NCBI RefSeq assembly: GCF_004010195.1
Contig: NC_057755.1
Span: 1,105,306 to 1,169,305 of the forward strand
DNA from: Chiloscyllium plagiosum
Taxonomy: Eukaryota
Reading direction: 5' to 3'
Length of the DNA: 64,000 nt
How positions within the stretch are numbered: the stretch's first letter is position 1; each line of letters starts with the position of its first letter. Shown here piece by piece: positions 50,601-62,809 of the stretch. Position numbers and translations under genes: made by a program. The notes below the pieces were generated by a model. That model ran no database searches and was not told the DNA's origin. It saw nothing but the letters and a program-made list of their open reading frames with translations.

Positions 50601-52200
50601 TTGAACAGATCAAGATTGATGAAGTTGACGTGCTGGAAATTTTAGCAAACATTAAGGTTGATAAGTCCCCAGTTCCAGACCACATTTATCCTAGCTTGCT
50701 CCAGGAAGCGAGAAGGAAGGTTGCTAAGCGGCTGGTGAAGATATTTGCCTCTTCACTCTCCACAAAAGTCATACTGGAGGATTGGAATGAGGCGACCATT
50801 GTTCCTCTTTCCACGAAGGGGAGTAAGGAAATCTCTGGCAATTACTGACTATTCAGTCTTTCGTCTGTGGTCAGCAAGAGAAGAATTCTGAGTGATACGA
50901 CTATTTGGAAAAGCATAGCGTGATTAAAGGCAGTCAGCATGACTTATTAGGGGCAGGTCATGCCTAACTAATCTTGTTGAGTTCTTTGAGGAGGTGACAA
51001 GACAGGTCGACAAAGATCGAGCAGTGGATGTGGTGTATTTGGACTTCAGCAAGGCATTTTATAAGGTTCCCCATCGTAGGTCCATTCGTAAAGCCGTGAG
51101 CTTTGGGATACAGAGCGATGTGGCTATCTAGATTCAGAATTAGTTGGCTGACAGAAGAAAGAGAGTGGTTGTAGATGGCATGTATTCTGCCCGGCGGACA
51201 ATTTGAATGGTGTCCCACAGGGCTTTGATCGTGGGCCTCTGCTCTTTGTAGTTTTTATAAATGACTTGAATGAGGAGGTTGAGGGTTTGGGTTAGTAAAT
51301 TTGAAGATGAAACAAAGGTTGGAGGTGTTGTCGATAGTATCGATGGCTAATGCAAGCTGCAGCGTGACATAGGCACGATGCAAAGCTGGGCTGAGAAATA
51401 GCAGATGGAGTTCAACCTGGATAAATGCAAAGTGATGCATTTTGGAAGGTCGAACTTTAATGCTGAATATATGATTAAATACAAGATTCCTTGCAGTGTG
51501 GAGGAACAGAGGGATTTTGGTGTTCGTGTCCATAGATCCCTCTAAGTTGTCGCCCTTTTGGATAGGGTTATTAAGAAAGCATATGGTGCTTTGGCTTTCA
51601 TTAACAGGGGGGATCGAGTTTAAGAGCTGCGAGGTCTTGCTACGGCTCTACCAATCCTTGGTGAGACCACACTTGGAATATTGTGTCCCGTTCTGGTCAC
51701 CCTACTATAAGAAAGATACAGAGGCTTTGGAGAGTATGCAAAGAAAATTTACCAGAATTATGCGTGGATTGGAGTGCTTGCCTTATGACGAAAGGTTGAA
51801 TAAGCTCTGACTTTTCTCTTTGGAGAGAAGGAGGAAGAGAGAAGACCTGATCGACGTATACAAGGTAATGAGAGGCATGGAGAGAGTCAATAGACAGAGA
51901 CTTTTCTCCAATGGAGGTTTGACTGGCACGAGGGGTCATAGTTTGAAGATATCAGGAGAAAGGTATAGAGGAGACATCAGAGGTAGGTTCTCTGTGCAGA
52001 GAGTTGTGGATGCATGGAATGCGTTGCAAGTGGTGGTGGAAGCAGAGTCATTATGGACATTTAAGTGACTGTGGGACGCGCACATGGACAGCAGTGAATT
52101 GAGGGGTGCATAGGTTAGGTTATTTTATTTTACATTAGGATTAATCCTCGGCACAACAGCGTGGGCCGAAGGGCCTGTGCTTTTCTATTTTCTATGTTCT
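47650..52200 (+). mobile_element. Near full-length CR1 LINE (5'UTR, ORF1 esterase, ORF2), decayed
   Basis: PLSNKYSDLDT, LVVGDSIVR, VHIGT, DGLHLNWRG (ORF1); APE and RT motifs to ~52070; ttctatgttct tail; 5' boundary uncertain. Confidence 0.9.
49451..49853 (+). repeat. 403-bp exact copy of 50743-51145 inserted in the CR1 endonuclease region
   Basis: Base-by-base reading found no differences between the two copies. Confidence 0.9.
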
Positions 52201-52249
52201 TGCTGGTCCTGGCTGAGGATCATTCCATCTGCCTGCACTATCACACTCC

Positions 52250-52420
52250 CACTTTCTCTCCAGAACTAGGTGTCTGTTGTCGCTCTCTCTGTGTGTGGCT
52301 GCTGTTTTACTTCTCTCCGTCTTTGGCTGTTTCTGTCTCTCCTCAGAATTTCTCTCCATGTCTGTCAGTCTCTCTTTCCCCCTGGACTTTCTTGTCTTTC
52401 TCTCTGTCTCTGTCTCTGTT

Positions 52421-52454
<34 letters not shown>

Positions 52455-52980
52455 TCTTTGACATTTCTCTCTCTTCCATTGTTTTTACATCTTGCTCTGC
52501 CAGATTTTATATTTTCTCTCTCTCGCTCCATCACTGCGTGAGGTTTTGTGCTGTGCCTCTCTCTCGGTATTCTTGGGTTCTTCCCCTGGATTTTCTCTCT
52601 CTCCCTGTCTCTCCTTCCATCTATTTTTGTCTGCCCTTTCCTTGTTCTCTCCGAGGGATTACACTTTGTCTCTTGGTTTTCTCTGACTTATCACTCCTGG
52701 GTTTCTCTCCCTGGGTGTTTCTCTGTCGTTTCTTGTCTCTGCCTGCATGTTTCTGTCTCTTTCCCTGGTTTCACACTCTGTCCTTCTCTGTCTCTCTCAC
52801 TGGGTAGTTTTCTCTCTTTCTAACACTGCTTCAGTGTCTCTCCAAGGATCTCTCTCTGCCATTGACCCTTTCTCTCTCTGAACCTGGGCTATGTCTTCCC
52901 TCCTTATCTGTTGCTGCTCCTCCACCAAACCCTGTCTCTCTCTCTCTCTCGCTTACTCGTTATTCCTGTCTGCCCTTCTG
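52250..52980. repeat. CT-rich low-complexity tract
   Basis: (TC)n and (TCTCTG)n degenerate array. Confidence 0.9.
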
Positions 52981-54914
52981 TGCCTGCCCCTCAGGTGGGT
53001 TTGGACTAGGTGCAGCATGGTGCTACGTATATTATTTACAAAGTGGGAGCTTTCTGTTCCCAGCATCTGGGTGGGTGGGAACAGAGTACCTTTCTCAGTG
53101 AGGTCTAGGGGCGGCGGCAAGAGAGCCTGGGGGCTGGGATCTTGCTATGCAGTAAAGCAGTCACTCAAAAGGTCAATTTGTGTCTGCACGTGCTCACTGT
53201 ATCTGCCACCATGCGTGTGTGTGGGCGATAGTGGGAGAGATGGCATGGAGGGAGCAGTTTAGAGGGTAAAGCTACAGGGCAGGGGACAATATTTAATGAG
53301 CAAAACATTTGGGTGCAGCAAACTATTAGTTGGGAGGGCATTTGGGGCAGTCTGAAAATGTGTTGGGGGTGAGATGCATAATTGGGGTAGAGGTAAACCT
53401 CAGGGGCACAGAATGAGGGTAATTATCAGCCAACTCCACTTTTTTAATCTCCCTCCGCCAAACTCTGGGGACCAAATCTGGGAGGCAGGGTGCAGCAAAG
53501 TTAGAGGGTACACATTTTGGCAGGGATGCAAAGTTGCAAGGTGAAAGATTGTGGGGGGCACAAAATGGAGCGACAAAATCTGGGGAGGTACAAATTTGAG
53601 TGGGGGGGCATTGCAAGATTTGTACAAAACTATAGGGAGTTGTTTGGTATGGGGGGGTGGTGGATGGGTCAATTAGTTGAGACAGAGAGTGAAATGCATG
53701 GGGGCTGCAAACTTGTTGGGTTGGGGGACAATATTTCGGGGCATTGCAAATTAGAGTGGTCACATAACCTGGTAGGATATTTGAGGAAAATGCAAACAGA
53801 AGGAAGGGTTTGGATAAAACACCTTTCCTCAGTGATGTGGGGAGGGGGATAGTGGCAACGTATACTTGGAGTCTGGGATCTTGCTGTGCATCCGAGCAGT
53901 CAGTGAAAAGGCCAATTAGTTTTTGTATGTGCCCATCGTGCCCTACCGACCTCCTGCCCAGCATCCTCCCTGGAAATCTGAGGGGGAACAGGGCGAGGGG
54001 AGTGGTGATGCTAGATAGAGGGGAACAAGAGAAAGGGGGTCTAGAGGGAGGGCGGCGAGAGAGACAGGGCTAGCAACAGACAGATACTCATCCTTAATCA
54101 ATCCAAGTCCACACCGAAAAAGGATAATGGCCAACTGAGCCAGACTTAAATACCTCTAGGTCTGTCACTCAAAGCTCATCTCCCTAAACCCAGTTCATTC
54201 AGTCAGCTCCCAGTTTCTCCTATCCTCTACCATCTTCTTTGTGGAATTTGAGGGGTGTGTGACAGAAAGCAGCAGGTTAGTGGTCTAACCCGGATCTGTC
54301 TCTGTCCTTCTCCCACAATGGACCCAGACGTGGATTACACACAACACTCCAAGCTGCAGTTTTAAACCTGGAGCAGCCAGAACACATGCTCAAAACATTC
54401 ATGAATACTTTTTTAGGACACATATTTGTTGGAGAAATTTAGTGAAACTAAGATGAACAAGTCAGCAAACTTGATGAGTTTGAGATTTATGCAAATGATG
54501 ATAAATCCAACTGATACAATTGAGCATACCATGTTTACTGTTGAACATGAGACTATTATACAATTGTATTTCATTCCTTGGAATGTGTCACGGGTTATTT
54601 CAGGGCAGTTCTGCTTTTTATTTGATAGTCAATGCTGGGAAACAGCTGCTTGACACAGATTATGTTGAAGATATTTCCGATCAGGACAGTATTAATTACA
54701 GCTCATACAACAAGAGCAATCTCCGTGTTGTCACTGATGAGGGATTAATTCATTGTACCCTCTGTCCACGTGAACACAACAGATATCACCTCCTCAAATA
54801 GAGTTATCCAATGGTCCCTTCATGGGCATTTCGCCTCCCTCTTGCTGCTCTGATGAGAAATTGGAATTTTAAAATGGTGACTTCTCTTTCAACGTCCATT
54901 TCAAAGACTGAAAG

Positions 54915-55185
54915 GGCAGCACGATGACTCATCAGTTGGCACTGCTGCCTCACAGCACCAGGGACCCAGATTCGATTCCAGCCTCGGGCGACTATCTGCG
55001 TGGAGTTTGCATGTTTTCCCCATGTCTGCGTGGGTTTCCATCACGTGGTCCTGTTTCCTTCCCCAGGCCAAAGATGTGCAGATTCTGTGGATTGGCAATA
55101 GTAACTGCAAGGTTACGGGGATCGGTTGGGATGCTGGTCTGACACGATGAGCCTCTTTCTGCACTGCAGGGATTCTGTTCTATGA
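54915..55185 (+). mobile_element. HE1/V-SINE, diverged
   Basis: gcactgctgcctcacagcaccagggacccagattcgattcc head plus V core. Confidence 0.85.
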
Positions 55186-56257
55186 AATCAGTTTTATACT
55201 TGAGTAATGTTTCGTTCCCAATCATTCCCCAGCTGTGGAAGAGTGTGGGGGGGGGGGGGGGGGGGGGGGGGCGGAGGATGTCGTTGGTAAACTCACTGAC
55301 CTAAAATTGCCCTCAGATGTTTCTGCTGGGCCGTCAGTTTGAATCGTTGATTTCACTGTTATTATCTCGACCCATTCTATGTTTTTTTTTAAATTTGATA
55401 ATGCAGAAAAACTTGTCCATTTATTATACAAGAGTGAGAAGAGAATGCCAAACCACACATGATTGGCATGTAAATTAAAGCAGGAAATAACGTCATGTAT
55501 TGTCGGTCCATCCAATTCTGAAAAATAGCATCAAGAGAACAGAGTTAGGTCACAAAGAACCTGAGCTAAAATATCAAACTATCCTCCCTATACTTCACTG
55601 CTCTGTTAAGTAGAGGGAGGATAACTTTGCTCTGTTAAGACCCGCATGCATTATACCCACTGAAGTTTAGACTTAAACTGTATATGTGCATTTATTGCAG
55701 TGTCGTGCACACTGAATCAACAGCTTCTAAGTCTGTTACTTTTTGAGCATGCCGGAGAATTTACCTGGTCAGTTCTTTATTTGACATGTTGCAGACATTG
55801 TGCGCCATTTCAGCAGTTGCAAAACTGATGATTCAGTTGAAAATGACACCAATAACAATGGCATCGAGCCTGTATTTCATAAACTGGCCCAGATATCCTG
55901 ATTGTAATTGCCATTCCAGTCATTTTAAAAATAATGTTAGTACTGAGCTCCACATTTCCAGGGAGAAATTCTAATTTAAGACCCAGCAGAAATGTAGAGT
56001 ATTGGTTCAGGAGTTAGAATACCATAAAAGTGGCAGGCTGCTTATGGGACGCGAGAGGTGCGTGATGCTAATGAGGTGGAGCTGATTGCTGGGGGGATTA
56101 GAACCAATGAGAGGGTCTCAAAAGGGTAAGGGTTGGTTTAGAGGGATGTTGGGCATGTATTGAGGCCGGTGGAGGCCAAAGTGACTATTCAAATGCCATT
56201 GGGTTGGGCTCTTCATTGTCTAACATGTCTTGAGATTTACAGAAGTAGAACTTCGTA

Positions 56258-56372
56258 AAATGTGAGGACTGCCGATGCTGGAGATCAAAATCGAGAGTGT
56301 GGTGCTGGAAAAGCACGGTAGGTCAGGCAGCACTCGAGGAGCTGGAGTTTCGGGCAGAAGTCCTTCATCAGA
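56258..56372 (-). mobile_element. Short PLE-derived element with hammerhead core
   Basis: Same family as 40488; reverse complement reads CTGATGAaggacttctgcccGAAA. Confidence 0.7.
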
Positions 56373-57319
56373 ATTGCAACCCTCCAATGTTTCCAACTTC
56401 AGTGGATTCTTTAGGAGGTTTCCAGACAGCGAATCTCCCAGCAGAGGCTTCAGTTCCTGAGGCGATTTCCGTGGAGTCTGTTCTGTCTAGGTTTCCACAG
56501 GACGCTGACATGGAAATCCAGCCTGTGCTATTCCAACAAATTCCTGGCCTCTGGAATTATTCCTTTCTCACTGAGGTAATGCAGAAAAGTACTTTTCAGT
56601 GTAAATCTCTAGTTGCAGAATCGGCTAGAATCAGCTGCAACAGGATACTCGCCCTGAGGTACCCCATGCAGTAGATATTTAACACTTTTTGAATGAAAGG
56701 ATCTTTCCAAGTTGAGGACATCCTGTCCTAAACCCAAGAAAATTCACTTCCCAAACAGAATGACTGGGCACAGATATCCCATGAGAACCATGGGACCAGC
56801 CCTCCAAGCCCTCAGTGTAATTGCCAGTGGTCCACTGTGCAGCCCACAGTGAGCCCCACTGTGGCTCCTTCATGGTTGTGCATTTCCATTGAGGGAATAC
56901 TGAGACCTGGATATCCTATAGAAGCTATGCTATGGAGCCAAGCCCCTGAGTCTGGTGACCCTGTGGCTAGGCCTCTGACCTCACAATGGGAGACCACCCT
57001 CACCTAGCTCGAGCTCGAGACTCAGCAAAAATCAATAGGATTTCACCCTGGAGTACAGCCACTTAAAGATGAGGGATGGGAAATCAGAGAATTGGTCATA
57101 TGTTGAATGAAATGGTAATATAAATTGAAATGCTCACGTGTACAAAATCAGGTTGGGTCTCAGTGACTCCGGTGACTGCAGTTGTATTTTCCCTTTTGAA
57201 CTGAACTGATTGCCCCATAATCTGAAATATGAAAATTACATCAGGAAACAAAAATTAACAATAGTATGAATAATGGGGATGCTGCAGTCCAGATTTCAAT
57301 ATTGTCAGCTCTTCTGTAA

Positions 57320-59060
57320 GGTTTAAGGAAATAAGAGAGGCTATCTAGCTGAAAGGGAAGGCATACAAAGTGGCCAAGATCAGCAGGGAACTAGAAGATT
57401 GGGAAAACTTTAAAGGTCAACAGAAAGCCACAAAAATATGCTGCAAAGAAAACTAAGATAGATTATGAGAGCTAACTACCACAGAATATAAGCCAGATAG
57501 CAAACGTTTCTATAACTTATAGAAAGAACAAAAGTGGCTCAGGTAAGCATTGGTCCTTTACAGGAGAAATAACAAATGCATTTGTGGCAATTTTCCAAAA
57601 TCCACTGGACTCTGGGGCAGTTCCAGCAGATTGGAAAACAGTAAAGGTGATGCCACTGTTTAAAAAAGGAGGTAGACAAAAAATGAGAATTATAGACCAG
57701 TTAACTTAACTTCTGTAGTGGAGAACATGCTTGAGTCTGTTAATTGTCCCGTTGGGCAGGTGCAGCCTGGGTTCATGAAAGGCAGGTCATACTTAACTAA
57801 TCTATTGGAATTCTATGAAGACATTACGAGCACAGTGGACAACGGGGACCCAGGAGATGTCGTGTACCTGGATTTCCAAAAGGCATTCAACAAGGTCCCG
57901 CACAAACGCTGCTGCGTATGATAAAGATGCAATGGATACAGGCAATGCATTAACATGGATAGAGGATAGCTAGCTAACAGAAAGCAAAGAATGGGAAAAA
58001 TGCGTGTTTTTCTGGTTAGCAATCAGTGACCAATCGTGTGCTTTGGGGAACATTGTTGGGACTGCAATTATTCACAATTTTCATAGATGATTGGAGTTGG
58101 GGACCACATTTAATATGTGAAGCTTTGCAGATGACATGAGGATGTGTGGTAGAGCAAAGTGTGCAGAGGACTGTGAAACTTTGTGGAGGGCCAGAGATAG
58201 CTTAAGTGAGTGAGTAAAGGGTCTGACAGATGGAGTACAATGTTAATAAATATGAAGTCATCCATTTTGATAAGAATAACTGTAAAAATAACTATTACTT
58301 GAATCGTAAAATGTTGCAGTATGCTGCTAGGCAGAGGGACCTGGATGACCTTGTGCATGAATCACAGGTGGTTGGGCTGTAGGTGCAACAGGTAATTAAG
58401 AAGGCAAATAGAATGTTGTCCTTCACTGGGAAAGCAATTGAGTCTAAAAGCAGGGAAGTTATGTTGTAGCTGTATAGGATGCTGATGAGGTCACGCCTGG
58501 AGTACTGTGCACAGTTTTGGTATCTTTGTTTGAGAAAGGATATACTGGCAGTTGATGGGGTGTAGAGGAGGTTCACTAGGTTGATTCCGGAATTGAGAGG
58601 GTTTGTTTCTGAGGAGAGACTGAGTAGACCGGGATTATGTTAATTGGAATTTACATAAATGGGGGGACATCTTATTGAAACATATGCATTTATGAAGAGA
58701 ATAGATAAGATAGAAGTAGAAAAGATGTTTCCAGTGGCGGGTGAAACTGAGACAAGAGGGCAGAGCCTCAAAATTAGGAGGAGCTAGTTTAAGAGCGGAA
58801 TTGAGAAGAAACGTCTTCACCCAGAGGGTTGGGAATCTGTGGAATTCCCTGCCCAATGAAGTCATCGAGGCTTCCCCATTAAATGTTTTCAAAGCTAAGA
58901 TAGATCATTTTTTGAACAGTAAAAAAATTAAGGGTTATGGTGAGAAGGTGGGTAAGTGGAGCTGAGGCCACAAAAAACATCAGCCATGATCATATTGAGT
59001 GGTGGAGCAGTCTCAATGGGCCAGATGGCCTCCTACTGCTCCTAGTTCTTTCGTTCTTAT
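57320..59060 (+). mobile_element. CR1 LINE RT and 3' end, decayed
   Basis: GFMKGRSYLTNLLEFYE, VYLDFQKAFNKVPH, FADD, FTQRVGNLWNSLP. Confidence 0.9.
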
Positions 59061-59333
59061 GTAACGTAATGGTTGCATTCTTGTGCAAACATGAGATTTT
59101 GAAAAACTGCGCTTTCAAAATCGTCTGAAGTGTTGGCGATGTAATCATATTGTTTTAAAAGGTTTCACTTTAGAAACAGCATTTCTGATTTGTCAATCGC
59201 GATACAGCAAGTTCACATTGAAAAAAAAAGTGTTATAGCAGATCACCCTGGAATACTTACCTGTAAGTATAATGCCTAATATTTAATTAATCCTATTCTA
59301 GTTTATTTATTAAAAGTTAACATAAATACTCAC

Positions 59334-59492
59334 CCAATCTGTTGTAGACTCTTACAGGTCCAAATGAGAAAGGGAACGGATTGGCCTGTGAAGAAGTTTG
59401 CTGACAGATTCAAATACATTAACGACTGGCTTTTACTGACAGCAGAGGCAGGATCATCGGCACAATAGTCTGAGGAGCTGTTCTTACCCAGT
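59334..59492 (-). CDS. RI-type leucine-rich-repeat exon (NLR/NLRP-like), possibly pseudogenic
   Basis: Acceptor ctccttggtccctag|, donor |gtgagt, phase 2-2, 159 bp open: LGKNSSSDYCADDPASAVSKSQSLMYLNLSANFFTGQSVPFLIWTCKSLQQIG (LxxLxLxxN pattern). Confidence 0.6.
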
Positions 59493-61942
59493 CTAGGGAC
59501 CAAGGAGATTAAACTGAGGATAAATACAGTATTCTTTGACAATAACAATGTACTCTATTAAGTCCTCAATATTTAATTTGGAAGAAAAGTTGGATTGATC
59601 CTGTAAAACTGATGTCTAATTGCCATCTGCTTTTATCAGAACTGGAGAAAGCAGCAATTGGAAGGGTTCAGTGGCAAAGAAAGAGAAGGGGAACCGGAGG
59701 GAATGGAAAAACAAAATTGAAGTAAAGCAATGTTTAAATGACATAAAGATAAAGGTGTAAACCAGAATCTCTGCATCTTTGCATTCTTGTCCAGAGTTGC
59801 CAGGAGAGATAATGCAGCATGAATGGAGTTCATAATGCTGTTGAAGGGTACTGGAAGCTATTAAATTCAGCTAACGCGACTGGAATCAGGAGGTGTGAAC
59901 ACACAGGCAGGGTAGGCAGAGTCATAACCGCAATATTGTCAGAGCTGAACAATTGATGGCTGATAGGCATGGGAGAATCATCCATTCAGTGTGCACAGAG
60001 CATGCCCTGGTTAAGGCAACATTTGGACCACTTTGAAGGCTGTACGCAGCACTTTCAAACAGCAGTTCCAGAGGGATCAGCCTGGGATCATGAGCTACTA
60101 ACAAAGAGCAGGTCGATTCGTGTTGGTCCCTGATTCATTGATGCTCCTCCAGACTGCTTGGACACAGAAACAATCCCTGTTCCATCAAGACTTGGAGGAG
60201 ACGGTCAACAATTCAACGCAGGCAAATTCGAATAGAGCAGGCATGGAAGCTCGTGACAAAATAGGATCAATGAGTTGATGTCTTCTGGAAGAGTCACAAG
60301 GTTAAACTGAAAGCCTTTTGTGTGACCAAGGATGAAAGTGAAATTGGTTGAAAAACAAAATCCCCTTCCAGCCATTCAAGCCTCAGAAGCAGCATTGCAC
60401 CACAATAAGTTCGGACAACAAATGCTGATCCAACCAGCAACACTGCCACTCCACAAGCGAATCAAAAGATTAAAAGAAACACTCTGCACCTGTGATAATC
60501 TCAGGAAGGCCCTCAGGCATGCAGCCTAACTGACTGAATTGATGTCAAAGCACATGTGTTGGTGTTCAGGGTAGTACTGACATCGTGAAGATCCACAGAT
60601 TGGGAGTTACTACTGTCGTCTCCAGATGATCCTCGGAATTAATCTGAGGTGGAGACAATGAGGTGGCATTAAGCATTATTTACTTCTCACAGGCTTCAAC
60701 TTATTTTTGATCATATCTCGCTGTTTAATAATGGTATCCCTGGACAGGCACCGTCTGCAGGAACACAGCTGTTCTGATAAGGACAGGAAGCCATGATGGT
60801 ACACCTATTTAGCAGACAACATAATCTGTGCACAAAAAGGTTTGCCGTGTGCCTCTGTGTCCCTTTATCTGTGTTCCTTTCCCATACAGGGTTGAAACTG
60901 GTTAAGGTTCAACTTTTCAATGATATTGTCATTAACAGAAAAAGTAAATGGAAACCACAGAAGCACAAAGGCAGGCTCGGTGTGAGGGAGCTGCAATGTA
61001 AACAGGATAGCGCATGCCTTAGGCAAAATTTAGACAATGACTGTGTAAACTGGGGAAAAACAGTAGGTTGCATAAGAAACATGGATGTAAAACATGAAAA
61101 CTGCAATACGTAATAGCATAATATTTTGTATAATGCTCGTGGATGTCTATAAACCTGCAGAATTGATAAGCATCAGCTCTCCTTTTGGATTACGTATTTG
61201 TTTCCTGTCAATTTGACAAGTTGATACAAAACAAATTCTGGTGTAGTCAACGGGATCTCTTGCCACATCCCCAAAACCGTCACTGCATTGAGGCACTTAT
61301 GTTTGAGATTACCACCAGAAATTAATGCAGAGAGCTGCACCAGACAGATATGGATAAATTCCAGGGAATCTGAATGAGGATTCAGGTGAGGATGGAACTA
61401 ATCAGATGGGGTGAGAGAGTGGGAAGAGAGAGGCAAAAGTACGAGCAGAGAGGTCAAATCCCTCACGAGTTGCAAGCAGAAGGATTAGGCCAAAGTTGTT
61501 CAGGAAACTAATACTGCCCAAGTCGGTGAAATCGTGGCTTTCTGGAGAGAAGTTGGAAGTTGAATTTTAAAGCCAAAAGAAAGGTTAGTTGATGCTGATA
61601 GGGAACTACAGCCCTCATAGGTATGATGGCTAATGTTAGAAGCATGACACATCCCCTTCATTCTCCATTCCCAGAATGCAGCCACGATTCCCAGAATGCA
61701 GCTGGGTCTCCTGATAGAAAAAAACAAAGAACGAACACACAAATTGTTCCTATGGAAACAATATGTAAAAAAAGACATCGAATGAAAAAGAATCTGTTTA
61801 TTATTTGCATTTGGAAACATTTTGAAATGTAAAATGCCTACACGAATGATAAAACATGTTGCTTTTGGAAATCAAAGATGTCCAAGTGTAAATGAGGAAA
61901 GTGCAAGTGATGTTAGTGACTGGAATCAAATAACAACGTTTA

Positions 61943-62612
61943 TAGAGTCATAGAGATGTACAGCATGGAAACAGATCCTTCGGTCCAACCTGTCCATGCC
62001 TACCAGATATCTCAATGCAATCTAGTCCCACCTGCCAGCACCCGGCCCATATCGCTCCAAACCCTTCCTATTCATATACTCATCCAAATGCCCTTTATAT
62101 GTTGCAATTGTACCATCCTCCACCACATCCTCTGGCAGGTCATTCCATACACGTACCACGCTCTGCTTGAAAAGGTTGCCCCTTAGGTCTCTTTTATATT
62201 TTTCCCCTCTCACCCTAAACCTATGCCCCCTAGGTCTGGACTTACCGACCAAAGGGAAAAGACTTTGCCTATTTACCCTATGCATGCCTCTCATGATTTT
62301 GTCAACTTCTATAAGGTCACTCCTCAGCCTCCGACGCTCCAGGGAAAACACCCCAGCCTGTTCACCCTCTCCCTGTAGCTCAGATCCTCCAACCCTGGCA
62401 ACATCCTTATAAATATTTTCTGAAGCCTTTCAAGTTTCACAACATCTTTCCGATAGGAAGGAGACCAGAATTGCACGCAATATTCCAACAGTGGTCTAAC
62501 CAATGTCCTGTACAGCCGCAACATGAGCTCCCAACTCCTGTACTCAATACTCTGACCAATAAAGGAAAGATTCCAAACACCTTCTTCGCTATCCTATCTA
62601 TCTGCGACTCCT
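61943..62612 (-). mobile_element. CR1 LINE 3' end
   Basis: LYRTLVRPLLEYCVQFWSPSYRKD and FSLERRRLRSDLIEV; tcatagag tail. Confidence 0.92.
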
Positions 62613-62809
62613 CGATTACTGTTTTAAGAATACTATAAGAATACTTCATTAGATTAGATTGTAATGCCTCGCTACGATTCATAAATAAGACAGAACAGCA
62701 GTCAATGAACCACAGAGTCATGGAGATGGAAACAGACCATTCGGTCTAACTCGTCCATGCAAAACTAGATTACATGAATTCTTCCAGGCGCATTTGCCAG
62801 CATTTGAGA

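Noticed and set aside
52161..53964. Overlapping ORFs including a 212-aa minus-strand ORF
   Set aside because: They lie in microsatellite or G-rich degenerate repeats and show no recognisable domain.
55247..55271. Poly-G run (also 31794-31812)
   Set aside because: Simple homopolymers of uncertain length; no supporting structure.
56380..56727. Possible FIIND/UPA similarity on the minus strand
   Set aside because: Resemblance too weak to support by eye and the frame has stops; left as an unassigned exon-like segment.
59253..59270. atacttacctg matching the U1 snRNA 5' end, within the small palindrome atacttac-ct-gtaagtat
   Set aside because: Only 11 nt match and the rest of U1 is absent; likely chance or a cryptic donor.
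59880..61830. Short ORFs in apparently unique sequence
   Set aside because: No recognisable motifs or convincing splice-consistent frames on either strand.
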